From NCBI GenBank assembly GCA_009841475.1, contig VXLT01000318.1:1-56928 (forward strand): a stretch of 56,928 bases of DNA. Reading direction: 5' to 3'. The translations under genes were made by a program, and so were the position numbers. Below are positions 1 to 8,961 of the stretch, piece by piece (position 1 is the first letter of the stretch; each line of letters starts with the position of its first letter). The notes under the pieces were generated by a model that saw nothing but the letters and a program-made list of their open reading frames with translations, had not been told where the DNA came from and searched no databases. Origin of the DNA: Gemmatimonadota bacterium (GTDB taxonomy: Bacteria; Gemmatimonadota; Gemmatimonadetes; Longimicrobiales; Gaopeijiaceae).

Positions 1-95
1 CCCCCCCCCCCCCCCCCCCACTTATTTTTATAACCCCACCTCCCCCTATCCCCTTCTTGCGCTTTTTGGTGTGGCCTGGGTTTTTTTAAGATCCC
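1..95. other. Artefact-like contig end: 29-nt poly-C followed by low-complexity T/C-rich sequence
   Basis: Positions 1-29 are all C. The composition that follows (e.g. acttatttttataacccc, gggtttttttaag) is unlike the rest of the window. A TAA at 87-89 closes the QatA frame upstream. Confidence 0.5.
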
Positions 96-101
96 CCGCC
101 G

Positions 102-1472
102 TTGGCTCCACCCGCCGCAGAGGGGGCGCCCGGGGCGTCTAAGCTCATCAACCCCGCCCCGGACTCCTCTCCCCCCAAAGAGATTCACGCGATCCGGAAG
201 AGCTTCACGGATACCCTGTCTGAAATGGGAATCACGCTGGTCGTTCTCATTGACGACTTGGATCGATGTCTTCCGCCCACGACGATTTCCACACTCGAAG
301 CTATCCGGCTCTTCCTCTTTCTCGAGAACACTGCGTTCGTGATCGCCGCCGACGATACGATGATCAAGCACGCGGTCCGGAAGCACTTTGAAGGGATCGA
401 GAACGAGACTCTAGTCACCAGCTACTTCGACAAGCTCATCCAGATTCCCATCCGCGTTCCGCCTCTCGGCACGCAGGAAGTCCGTGCTTACATGATGCTG
501 TTGTTCGTTGAGAACAGTGCTCTCAGCGACGCCGACACAGAGGCCATTCGGGAAAAGGTCTGCGGCCAACTCCAGCAGACCTGGCGTGGTCAACGCGTCG
601 ACCGCGCGTTCATCGAGACTACGTATGATCCGTTTCCGGCTGAACTATTAGGTAGGTTTGACACGGCCGACCGCCTTGCTCCTCTCATGGTTTCCGCCTC
701 GCAGATCGCCGGCAACCCGCGCCTGATCAAGCGCTTCCTCAATGCGCTGTCGATCCGCATGGCGATTGCTCGCATTCACGGCGTCGCGGTGGACGAAGCA
801 GTTCTCGCCAAGCTAATGCTCTTCGAACGATCCGGTCCTTCAGACGCCTACGAGGAACTCATCAAGGTGGTGAACGAGAACGAAGAGGGCCGACCAACAT
901 TCCTCGCCGACTGGGAGGAGAAGGCGCTCGCCGGACAGGAGTTCCCACTTGAAGGACCCTGGGATGTCGCTTTTGTTCGCGAGTGGCTAGCGCTGCAGCC
1001 GCAGCTTGCTGACATTGACCTTCGCGGCGCGCTGTATGTCAGCCGCGAACATGCTCCGCTCGTTACCCCGGAGGACAGACTGTCCTCAGGGGCGGCGGAG
1101 TTGCTCACCGGGATCCTCGAGAATCCGGACATGGCAGGCGCCGTACGTGATCAACTTGAACAACTACCGCCCACGGAAACGGCTGTGATCATGGATAGGA
1201 TCCTTGCGAGCGCGCGACAGGAGCAAGAATGGGGCACACCACCGATCCTCGACGCAGCTTTGGCAGTCGCCGCCGCTGACCCAGCAGCGGGCGTACGTTT
1301 TGCGGGGTTCCTGCAAGAACGCCCACCCAGTCAGGTCACTCCGAGCATCGTCCCGAAAATCAGTGGTCACTCCTGGACTTCCCAGGTATACGAGAGCTGG
1401 CTCGCGGCCGATGTCGGTGGCCCTGTGAAGAGGGCGATAGCGCAGCGCACGACAGCAGCGGACGGTAGATAG
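102..1472 (+). CDS. qatA: KAP-family P-loop NTPase, 5'-truncated (QatA-like); the Walker A part is missing
   Basis: Contains VVLIDDLDRCLPPTTISTLEAIRLFL, the KAP Walker B/DDLDRC signature. No N-terminal P-loop is present. The ORF opens with TTG just after junk sequence. It is followed by QatB/C/D-like genes. Confidence 0.7.
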   Translation: MAPPAAEGAPGASKLINPAPDSSPPKEIHAIRKSFTDTLSEMGITLVVLIDDLDRCLPPTTISTLEAIRLFLFLENTAFVIAADDTMIKHAVRKHFEGIENETLVTSYFDKLIQIPIRVPPLGTQEVRAYMMLLFVENSALSDADTEAIREKVCGQLQQTWRGQRVDRAFIETTYDPFPAELLGRFDTADRLAPLMVSASQIAGNPRLIKRFLNALSIRMAIARIHGVAVDEAVLAKLMLFERSGPSDAYEELIKVVNENEEGRPTFLADWEEKALAGQEFPLEGPWDVAFVREWLALQPQLADIDLRGALYVSREHAPLVTPEDRLSSGAAELLTGILENPDMAGAVRDQLEQLPPTETAVIMDRILASARQEQEWGTPPILDAALAVAAADPAAGVRFAGFLQERPPSQVTPSIVPKISGHSWTSQVYESWLAADVGGPVKRAIAQRTTAADGR

Positions 1473-1475
1473 CCG

Positions 1476-2333
1476 ATGGGAACATCGAAATCGAGCACTG
1501 GAGCGCCATCGAGCGTCCCTATGACACCTCCGTGGGTGCCGGACCCAGTTCCACCCTCGGACGATCCAGCCGATACGGATGGCGATGGCGAAAGCCTCGA
1601 CAGCCAGGGAGAGGGAGTCGATCAGGCGACACCAACTCGCGTACCTCTGCGAATTGCCCCACCACGCCGGTTTGCATCTGCCCGGAGAAGTCTCGGGTCG
1701 TTTGCGCGATCCGGTTCCAGAACAGACATGCGGCGTGGCGTTGGGCATTATTTTCGCAAAGGCCTTGGGGGTAGCCGATCGGCGTCACGGCGCTTCGCAG
1801 GGACCGCACGGACAGCAGGAGTCCTCTACGGTGCCCTCTCATCTTCGGCCGCTGGGCAGCCATTCGAGCCTGACAGTCCGCTGGACCCTGGTCGTCTCGC
1901 AGGGCGCTCCGCCCGGGAGATCATGGATGCGGTGGTTGAAGCAGTTCGACCCGTAGACGGGACACAGGACGCTGAAGCAAGCCGTCAGGCTGTCAACGAA
2001 GGTCTTTCCGATCTGCTTGATCGCTATCCCGACGCGGATCTTCTCAATCTTCACGAGGAGCAGCGGCTGTTCGTCATCGAACGCTTCATGGCGCAGGATG
2101 TATACAACCGCCTTTACCTCGATATCGGGAAAGCGGTGCAGGACAAGGCATCGGGTGTCTCGGCCGCTCTCCTCCGGATGCGCCAGATCAAGGACTACAT
2201 CCGTGAGACGATCTCGGCCCGTTTCCGCGCAATGCGGGCTACCGCATCCGCGCTCACACCTCGTTCGGTGGCCCAGATGGCGACACGGGCTCTCGCGGAG
2301 GCCTTTGCTGTCTTCGAGGATTACATCCAATGA
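1476..2333 (+). CDS. qatB: QatB-like protein of unknown function (called by position only)
   Basis: 285-aa ORF starting 4 nt after the qatA stop. Its stop overlaps the qatC start (ATGA at 2330-2333). I recognised no motif; the call rests on the conserved gene order KAP-X-QueC-TatD. Confidence 0.55.
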   Translation: MGTSKSSTGAPSSVPMTPPWVPDPVPPSDDPADTDGDGESLDSQGEGVDQATPTRVPLRIAPPRRFASARRSLGSFARSGSRTDMRRGVGHYFRKGLGGSRSASRRFAGTARTAGVLYGALSSSAAGQPFEPDSPLDPGRLAGRSAREIMDAVVEAVRPVDGTQDAEASRQAVNEGLSDLLDRYPDADLLNLHEEQRLFVIERFMAQDVYNRLYLDIGKAVQDKASGVSAALLRMRQIKDYIRETISARFRAMRATASALTPRSVAQMATRALAEAFAVFEDYIQ

Positions 2334-3610
2334 AGGTCATCTGCGCGCCAGCCGATTGGTCGTTCCGTCCGGACCATTCAGCCGATTTAGAAGTTGTTCT
2401 CTTCTCGCGTGCTGACCGACCCCAGCGGGGTGCGGCAGGTGCCCGCATCATCCGCGTGGTCAAGGAAGCCAAGCTGCGCCCCGACCCGCGGGCCTGGGAT
2501 CTCCTCTCGCTGGCGCTGGCTGTGACGGCGGCTGACCTAGGAGTTAGACGAGACAGGAGCCCGGATGGCTGGACGCGCGAGATCAACCTGCAAGTCGCCG
2601 TATCAGATCCGTCCTTCTGGCGCGAACACCGCTCTCTCCTCGAAAACCAGCTACGCTTCCTCACCACAGACCGGTGGACCGTCACCTTCGTTGATGGCGG
2701 TGCTCGTCCGTCGCCGCCGAAACGGGTGGTGCAGCCGGACGAAGATTGTGTTTCGCTTCTATCGGGTGGGCTCGACAGCCTTGTTGGGGCAATCGATCTC
2801 GTCGGTGGACATGGTAGGCGTCCGTACCTCGTGAGCCAGGTGGCGAAGGGTGACAAGAAAAGGCAAGTCCGTTTTGCATCGCTGATCGGGAGTGGACTCA
2901 GTCATCTGCAGCTTAACCATGACACGAAGTGTCCGGCACAGCACGAGAGATCACAGCGAGCTCGATCGATCGCCTTCCTCGCTTATGGCGTCCTGCTTGC
3001 AACGGCCCTGCGTCGCTATAGCGACGGCGACGAGATACCGCTGTTTGTCTGCGAGAACGGCTTCATATCTGTGAACCCGCCGCTGACGATTGGGAGGCTT
3101 GGTAGCCTGAGTACCCGCACTGCGCACCCGGTCTTCCTAAGCCAGTTTCAACGTTTACTTGACATGGCCGAGTTGCGGGTTCGACTCACGAATCCCTATG
3201 AGTTTGTCACGAAAGGAGAGATGCTAAGCGATTGTGATGATCAGCCGCTTCTCGAAGCACTCGCCCACGCCTCCACGAGTTGCGGACGCTTCGCCCGCTA
3301 TGCCTACAAGCATTGTGGCCGCTGTGTCCCCTGCCTCATCCGGCGAGCCAGCCTCCATGCGTGGCGAGGCCAGGATAGCACCCCTTATCACTATTCTGAC
3401 CTGTGGCGCGACGACACGAACCACGCCCGGTTCGATGATGTTCGGTCGGCCGCCATGGCTGTGACCCAGATCCGCAGGGATGGCCCTGATCGGTGGCTAG
3501 GTGCCTCGTTGTGCTCGAAGCTGATGGACGACGCGACCCCTTATCGGGAAGTTGTGAAACGCGGCATCGATGAGTTGAGCCGATTCCTCAGAGCCGTCCA
3601 AGTGATGTGA
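2330..3610 (+). CDS. qatC: QueC-like PP-loop ATPase (QatC)
   Basis: PP-loop motif LLSGGLDSLVGAIDL. QueC-type C-terminal Cys cluster SCGRFARYAYKHCGRCVPCLIRR. An N-terminal extension of about 130 aa precedes the PP-loop. Confidence 0.8.
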   Translation: MKVICAPADWSFRPDHSADLEVVLFSRADRPQRGAAGARIIRVVKEAKLRPDPRAWDLLSLALAVTAADLGVRRDRSPDGWTREINLQVAVSDPSFWREHRSLLENQLRFLTTDRWTVTFVDGGARPSPPKRVVQPDEDCVSLLSGGLDSLVGAIDLVGGHGRRPYLVSQVAKGDKKRQVRFASLIGSGLSHLQLNHDTKCPAQHERSQRARSIAFLAYGVLLATALRRYSDGDEIPLFVCENGFISVNPPLTIGRLGSLSTRTAHPVFLSQFQRLLDMAELRVRLTNPYEFVTKGEMLSDCDDQPLLEALAHASTSCGRFARYAYKHCGRCVPCLIRRASLHAWRGQDSTPYHYSDLWRDDTNHARFDDVRSAAMAVTQIRRDGPDRWLGASLCSKLMDDATPYREVVKRGIDELSRFLRAVQVM

Positions 3611-4362
3611 TCGATCTGCACTGTCACCTCGACCTCTATAGCGATCCCGCCCAAATTACCGCCACCTGCAAGGACCGTGGTATCTATGTCCTGTCGGTTA
3701 CGACCACACCTTCTGCATGGGAAGGAACTGCGCGGCTGGCGCACGGGGCTGATAGGATCAGCACCGCAGTCGGACTGCATCCGCAACTGGCCCGCGCGCG
3801 GCACGCGGAATTGGAGATCTTCGACAGGCTTCTCCCGCTCACGCGGTACGTTGGGGAGGTTGGTCTGGACGGTGCTCCCGAGTTCCAACCCCATTGGGAC
3901 ATCCAACTCGCAGTCTTCAACCATGTTCTCAAGGCCTGCTCGAACGCGGGAGGACGCATCCTATCGATCCACAGCAGGCGGGCCACCGCCGCCGTGTTAG
4001 GTCGCCTTCAGGCCTACCGCGATGCGGGGATCCCCGTGCTACACTGGTTCTCAGGTTCACGTCGCGACCTCGAATGCGCCATCGACCTTGGATGCTGGTT
4101 CAGTGTGGGCCCTGCTATGCTCCGTAGCAGGAACGGGCGTTTCCTTGCCGCACTCATGCCACGCGACCGGGTCCTGACGGAGTCGGATGGTCCGTTTGCT
4201 CAAGACAAGGGGACGCCACTGATGCCGTGGCACGTCGACCGAGCGGTTCACATCCTCGGCGAGCTCTGGTCGGTCTCGGCTGCGCAGGCACAGCAGACTA
4301 TCCGTCGCAATCTCCGAGCACTTACGATGCTCGTCCCAGACCTGCGGTCGGCGCCTAGGTAG
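3607..4362 (+). CDS. qatD: TatD-family metal-dependent hydrolase/DNase (QatD)
   Basis: N-terminus MIDLHCHLDLY is the TatD HxH metal motif. Also SIHSR, LHWFSG and ESDGPF. The GTG start overlaps the qatC stop (GTGATGTGA). Confidence 0.8.
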   Translation: MIDLHCHLDLYSDPAQITATCKDRGIYVLSVTTTPSAWEGTARLAHGADRISTAVGLHPQLARARHAELEIFDRLLPLTRYVGEVGLDGAPEFQPHWDIQLAVFNHVLKACSNAGGRILSIHSRRATAAVLGRLQAYRDAGIPVLHWFSGSRRDLECAIDLGCWFSVGPAMLRSRNGRFLAALMPRDRVLTESDGPFAQDKGTPLMPWHVDRAVHILGELWSVSAAQAQQTIRRNLRALTMLVPDLRSAPR

Positions 4363-4484
4363 TCTTACTTCCGGGCATCCGGTCGCGCCGCGAACCTCGC
4401 CTGTCATAATCAAGATGGGCGGGGGACTGTCGCGATGCTGTCGAACGTTCTCGATCTAGGCCCGCTTACCCGACTGCTCGGGAT

Positions 4485-4875
4485 CTACAACCATAGCCTC
4501 GCGTAGGGTTCCATCTTCGCCCACCATTCGGCGGGTGTGACGATGCTCAGCGGCAACCCCCTTAGGTCATCGCGAAGCTGCAGAACCGTTCTCCAGTCCC
4601 GCGTGCAAAACAACTCGCACCGATAGACGACGGCGTCACAGACGAGTACACGGTCACCCATGTCCGATAGCGCGTCGAGACTGCCTGATGCGAGCAGGCG
4701 AACGCGAATCTCCTCGGCTTCGACGAAGCTCGGCAGGTCGTTGTCTGAACAAATGGTACGTTGCCAATAGTGCCATGTGTCACTGAACCAAGTCTCCAAT
4801 TGGTAGCGTCTGGCGTCATCGGAGGTCGCTGCTATCTAGGAAAATCCGCCTTGGCAGGTCTTGAAGATCCATCAT
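4485..4875 (-). pseudogene. PIN-domain (VapC-like) gene, apparently frameshifted near 4820
   Basis: Minus strand ATGATG at 4875 gives MMDLQDLPRRIFLDSSDLR then a stop. The next frame continues DARRYQLETWFSD...DRVLVCDAVVYRCELFCTRDW...IVTPAEW. FLDSS and CTRD resemble the first and last acidic motifs of a PIN domain. Confidence 0.4.
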
Positions 4876-4999
4876 GTCCGCAGGGACACTGCTCGCACTA
4901 TCGCGTGCAGGACCAACTCCTCACGACCTGTGTCGGGCACGGCGCGGGGAGCAGTCCCAAGATACCTCGCGCCCGCTGGCCCCCCCCCTATTCGACGCG

Positions 5000-5920
5000 T
5001 CACTTTGCAACCTCCTCGCGCTCCTCAGAGGCACCCATTCCATCATTCTCTAACCCCGCGGAGTCTCCTGGACCCACCCGTTCCACCGGTCCTACCCCCT
5101 TGAGCCGCTCTACCATCGCATCGCAGCACTCTTCTTCTCTGTCGCATGCGATAAACTCCATCCCGATCTCCCTCGCCGCCACCAAAGACGTTCCGGCTCC
5201 AGCAAACGGGTCCACTAGGAGCCCGCCCCTATCCCCGCTGATCCTCACCACTCGTCGCAGCAGTGGTAGAGGCAACTCGTTCCCGGGACGGCTCTTGTTC
5301 CTCCGGTGACGCACTGGACTGAGATCATCCCATACATCACTTAGGTTCAACCCTTCACTACTCACGTATTCCAAATAGCCGCCGTAGTCCTTCACCAGTC
5401 CACCACAATGCCGACAAGTTGCCGGAGGAATCTTCGGCCGCCGAAACACGCGTGGTACACCTTTAGAATAATGTAAGAGTGCGTAATGCGCTGGATACAA
5501 GCGGCCCCCGTATGGATAGCTTCCCTTCATCGACACAGCAATCCAGTGACAGAAATCAAGCACACCCTCGAGCATACCTCCGATACGAATCGCCCACGCT
5601 GGTAGATGATATACGTACAACGCTCCTCCTGGGCGCAACACTCGCACGCTCTCCTCCACCATGGACGAAAGCAACTCTAGGTACTCCTCCTCCTCAAGTT
5701 GATCACCGCTCCGCGGACTACTTCCGTATCGCTTCCCTAGGTTGAACGGTGGATCCAGAAACACTACATCGGCACTGCCGTCTCGTACGGTCGACATGAA
5801 ATCCCTCGCGTCCACCGAGAAAATCAAGCCATCCCTTAGCTCTCTATGTGGCATGACTCCCTTGTTCCGTAGCGCCTCCAGCGCACGACGCGGCAGCTCA
5901 TCCACTTCGACATCTCTCAT
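5000..5920 (-). CDS. Beta-class N6-adenine/N4-cytosine DNA methyltransferase
   Basis: Catalytic motif IV is near the N-terminus (VVFLDPPFNLGKRYG). SAM-binding motif I is C-terminal (LLVDPFAGAGTSLVAAREIG). Its start overlaps the stop of the upstream gene by 4 nt. Confidence 0.85.
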   Translation of the reverse strand: MRDVEVDELPRRALEALRNKGVMPHRELRDGLIFSVDARDFMSTVRDGSADVVFLDPPFNLGKRYGSSPRSGDQLEEEEYLELLSSMVEESVRVLRPGGALYVYHLPAWAIRIGGMLEGVLDFCHWIAVSMKGSYPYGGRLYPAHYALLHYSKGVPRVFRRPKIPPATCRHCGGLVKDYGGYLEYVSSEGLNLSDVWDDLSPVRHRRNKSRPGNELPLPLLRRVVRISGDRGGLLVDPFAGAGTSLVAAREIGMEFIACDREEECCDAMVERLKGVGPVERVGPGDSAGLENDGMGASEEREEVAK

Positions 5921-6885
5921 GCTTTGCCAAGACTCCCATCGCTTGCAATTTGTGTGAAGTTCGAAAAAATCTCCCGTAGCGCCTTGCGATACCCTGCATC
6001 AGGTGTGGAGATCAACGACCCGGCTGGTATGAACTCCAATATCCAAGCTGCCATCGGGGCGTTAGGCGGCGTCCCGTAGCGAAAGTTGTGCTTGGTCACC
6101 AATCGCCAGCCCAAGTTTTGGACCACTTGTGCAATCTTCTTTGGCACAAACACCATCAAGAACCGTTGCTGTTCTACGCGATCCAAGTCTTTGAAGTCGA
6201 TTGTGTTTGCTGCCACGAGGCGCTCCACAAAGTCTTTGGTTAGCGCATTGGTGGCGCGCACGCGAAACTCGTCGTCGCGACCGAGGTTTTCTCGCATGAA
6301 TGCCTGGGCTGACTCGGCCACCTGGACGGGCCATGGAATCGTCCCGTTTAATGTGAGGCATAGAGTCCACTGCAGCGGTTGCGGGCCCGCATGGATCTCA
6401 AGAAGTTTCCGGATCACCTCGATGACTGGAAAGACCACCAACCCACCCGCAGACTGCGCGATGAGCCCCGTGTTGAGATCCAGATTGACGACGCGCGCCC
6501 GAAAGAGGCGACGGTCCTTCTTTGCGGGCCAGTTAAACTGACTTTGCCACGCTAGGAGGTTTTCGACCGTGCCTTCTATGATCTTCATGCCAGGAAACTG
6601 TTGGATCAGTTCCGCAACGGCCATCCCGTTACGTTCAATGCAGACGACTCGGAATTGTTGATCCTCGGCGATGGCACCGCTCTCCGTCAGAGCGAGCAAG
6701 CCTTGATCGATGAGCAACCGAACATCATACGCTGCCGGGCCTGGAAGGGTAAGAAACAGAGGATCAGTATCCTCTGGATACCGTTCAGAATAGGCCTTAG
6801 CCTCTTCCAACCAAAACTCCCGCATCACCTCCTTCTCCGGACGCAGCTCCGACATCGCTTCGTGAACCGGCTGTCGACCCTTCAC
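5917..6885 (-). CDS. Hypothetical 322-aa protein, middle gene of the GHKL-X-MTase operon
   Basis: ORF is overlap-coupled at both ends (6882-6885 and 5917-5920). No motif recognised. FLTLPGPAAYD...VVCIERN...VVNLDLN is only vaguely Rossmann/MTase-like. Confidence 0.6.
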   Translation of the reverse strand: MKGRQPVHEAMSELRPEKEVMREFWLEEAKAYSERYPEDTDPLFLTLPGPAAYDVRLLIDQGLLALTESGAIAEDQQFRVVCIERNGMAVAELIQQFPGMKIIEGTVENLLAWQSQFNWPAKKDRRLFRARVVNLDLNTGLIAQSAGGLVVFPVIEVIRKLLEIHAGPQPLQWTLCLTLNGTIPWPVQVAESAQAFMRENLGRDDEFRVRATNALTKDFVERLVAANTIDFKDLDRVEQQRFLMVFVPKKIAQVVQNLGWRLVTKHNFRYGTPPNAPMAAWILEFIPAGSLISTPDAGYRKALREIFSNFTQIASDGSLGKA

Positions 6886-8378
6886 TTCCGCAACCGCTCG
6901 GTAAGTCGCTTGACGAAACGGGCCAGAACCGGCTTCGGTAAGACCTCTTCGGCAACTCCAATTACGATATCGTACAGCTGGCTAACTGAGTACTTCCTCG
7001 TCAACCTAACCGCCCAGGTGTCACTCCCAGCCTCATCCCGCCACGTTTCCTTGACCTCCTCCATGGCTTGTGGGGCCACCGCTGTCCGGTCAGCAACAAC
7101 GCGTTCAATCTGCCGCATCTCGCCCTCGGCCCGATACACGCGGCGTGCCGTGGCGCCTGCGCCGTACAGTTCCCGTCTTACGTCTTTCAGGAAGCGAGAC
7201 ATGAATTCATGCAGGGCTTTTCGCAGTTCGACGTACGCCGGATGAACATCGCGGAGAGTGCTTCGGTCGATATTCATCGCGTCTTCAAGTTCGTCGTTTG
7301 CCCACACCTCTCCGCTAACCCATGTCTTGAACAACGGTCCTTCCGACGCCGGGAATCCCCAATATGTCTTGTCGTACTCCCCAACGGCGGCGTGTCGAAT
7401 GCGAACCAAGACCCCTTGCAATTCCTCAGGCTGAATTCGGCCATGTTGAGCATAGAAATAGCCTCGAGCCGCCACCCGGTCGCCACGGTGCTCGAACGTT
7501 CTCGTCAGGGTTCGCTTGTCTCCCGGCCGCAGAACGATCGGCTTTCGGACATCCGTACCGTCGTACTTGAGCGCCAGATTCAAAGTGTCCGCCTCCACTG
7601 AGAACTCTTCCAGTCCGTCAGCCAGTACGGCCTCTGGAGCCCAAGCAGGGGCATAAGCGACCGGCACATTGAGACCGATTCGCAACATCGTCTGCGAATA
7701 TGAATCTAGGTCGGTCCATGAACGGAGCTTTGGGTCTGCAAGAGCATCAGCTATCGATTCCGGCGATTTTCCATAAAGCGATCCCGGCTGGTGTCGCGCG
7801 CCCTCTCCGGCCAAGAGATCCCTTGCCTCACCGCGGATCTCCTTAAGGACGAGAGTAGTGTGATGATCGTTTGGATGGGCAGATAGGATCTCACCCATAT
7901 AATCAGCTTTGGCGAAGTCACCGCCGTCCCGCCTACGCTTGTCAGGATCCGTTCTCATCATCCTGAAGTTGATAGTGACATGCAGAAGGTCTTTACTGTT
8001 GATCTGTGTCGAGTAGATCTCGAGTTCCTCGCACAACTCGTTCGCGGCAATAAAGCCAATGCCTATTCGGCCGATCTTGGGTCGGCCACTTGTCGTCGTG
8101 TCTGAGTTGTCGCGCTTGCGTGACTCGGCGATTCGACTGAAGTGGGCCTCGAACTCCTCTCGTGAGAATCCCGTGCCATCATCTTGGACGATGATCCGGT
8201 CCGCGTCCGGCTTGACCGATACATGAACGTTGAGCGCATCCGCATCGTAGGCGTTATTGATCAATTCTTTCAGACACGCGGCAGGCGACTTGTAGATGCC
8301 GGAGCTAAGGTGGTCCACGATACGCGACGCCACCTTGATCTCGCCCTTGAATCCTTCGGTTTCTTGTGCCATGGTCAC
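6882..8378 (-). CDS. GHKL (HATPase_c/MORC-like) ATPase
   Basis: Bergerat-fold motifs: N box LKELINNAYDADA, G1 VQDDGTGFS, G2 GRPKIGRIGIGFIAA. There is no HisKA or other kinase context. It is the first gene of a three-gene overlapping operon. Confidence 0.8.
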   Translation of the reverse strand: MTMAQETEGFKGEIKVASRIVDHLSSGIYKSPAACLKELINNAYDADALNVHVSVKPDADRIIVQDDGTGFSREEFEAHFSRIAESRKRDNSDTTTSGRPKIGRIGIGFIAANELCEELEIYSTQINSKDLLHVTINFRMMRTDPDKRRRDGGDFAKADYMGEILSAHPNDHHTTLVLKEIRGEARDLLAGEGARHQPGSLYGKSPESIADALADPKLRSWTDLDSYSQTMLRIGLNVPVAYAPAWAPEAVLADGLEEFSVEADTLNLALKYDGTDVRKPIVLRPGDKRTLTRTFEHRGDRVAARGYFYAQHGRIQPEELQGVLVRIRHAAVGEYDKTYWGFPASEGPLFKTWVSGEVWANDELEDAMNIDRSTLRDVHPAYVELRKALHEFMSRFLKDVRRELYGAGATARRVYRAEGEMRQIERVVADRTAVAPQAMEEVKETWRDEAGSDTWAVRLTRKYSVSQLYDIVIGVAEEVLPKPVLARFVKRLTERLRK

Positions 8379-8769
8379 CCGCTTCGCGACGAACTTCTGA
8401 CCCGAACGATCATGGACAAGCGTGCTCCTGTTCGGACCTCGGATGCGCGCGCCGCTAGGTGCGCCCTTGACCTGCTGTCTTTCCGCCTACGCGGGTCGGC
8501 CTGGCACGTCTCGGTCCTCCACGACCTCATCTTCCTATGGCCTCCCGAATTGTAGGTCGCCGAGCACGAACGGCTCTGGTCCCTGCGCTCCGGAGCAGGG
8601 AACACCGCACGCGCTGCGAGTTCCACCCTCGGCGCCCTCCGGCTTCCAGTAACAGGATCCACGGGTTGTTCACGCCGGAGAGAACGGCTTGACGACATGG
8701 CCCGCCGTGCCCGGCCGTCGATGCCTGGGCGAAATCGTCTCGTCGCACCCGTTCGGTCCCAAGGTGAAC

Positions 8770-8961
8770 TCAGCCGCTTCCGGGTTTGTTCTTCGAGGGG
8801 TCAACCAAGGTGTAGGTCGAGCCACGCACGGTCGTCGGTGGTAGCGGTTTCCCCTTCACCGCTGTGAGCTCGCGACCCTTGCCGCCCCGGGGATCGATTT
8901 GCTGATACTGACCGGAAGCGGGTGCCTCCGTACCCGGCGTCCAACCACTCGTTGTGGCCAT
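8770..8961 (-). CDS. YjzC-like small protein (63 aa)
   Basis: Internal ATG at 8961 is preceded by an AAGGAG RBS (reverse complement of ctcctttc). Sequence MATTSGWTPGTEAPASGQYQQIDPRGGKGRELTAVKGKPLPPTTVRGSTYTLVD fits the YjzC pattern G..AP.SG.Y....RGG....T...G...PPT. Confidence 0.55.
   Translation of the reverse strand: MATTSGWTPGTEAPASGQYQQIDPRGGKGRELTAVKGKPLPPTTVRGSTYTLVDPSKNKPGSG

Noticed and set aside
1-29. 29-nt poly-C tract as a biological signal (phase-variable tract, telomere-like end or C-rich regulatory element).
   Set aside because: It sits exactly at the contig terminus and is followed by sequence unlike the rest of the window. It also truncates a gene. A sequencing or assembly artefact is the simpler explanation, and read-level data are needed to decide.
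4980-4988. C9/G9 homopolymer as a phase-variation switch for the methyltransferase operon.
   Set aside because: It lies downstream of the MTase stop codon and is intergenic, so a length change would not shift any intact reading frame that I can see.
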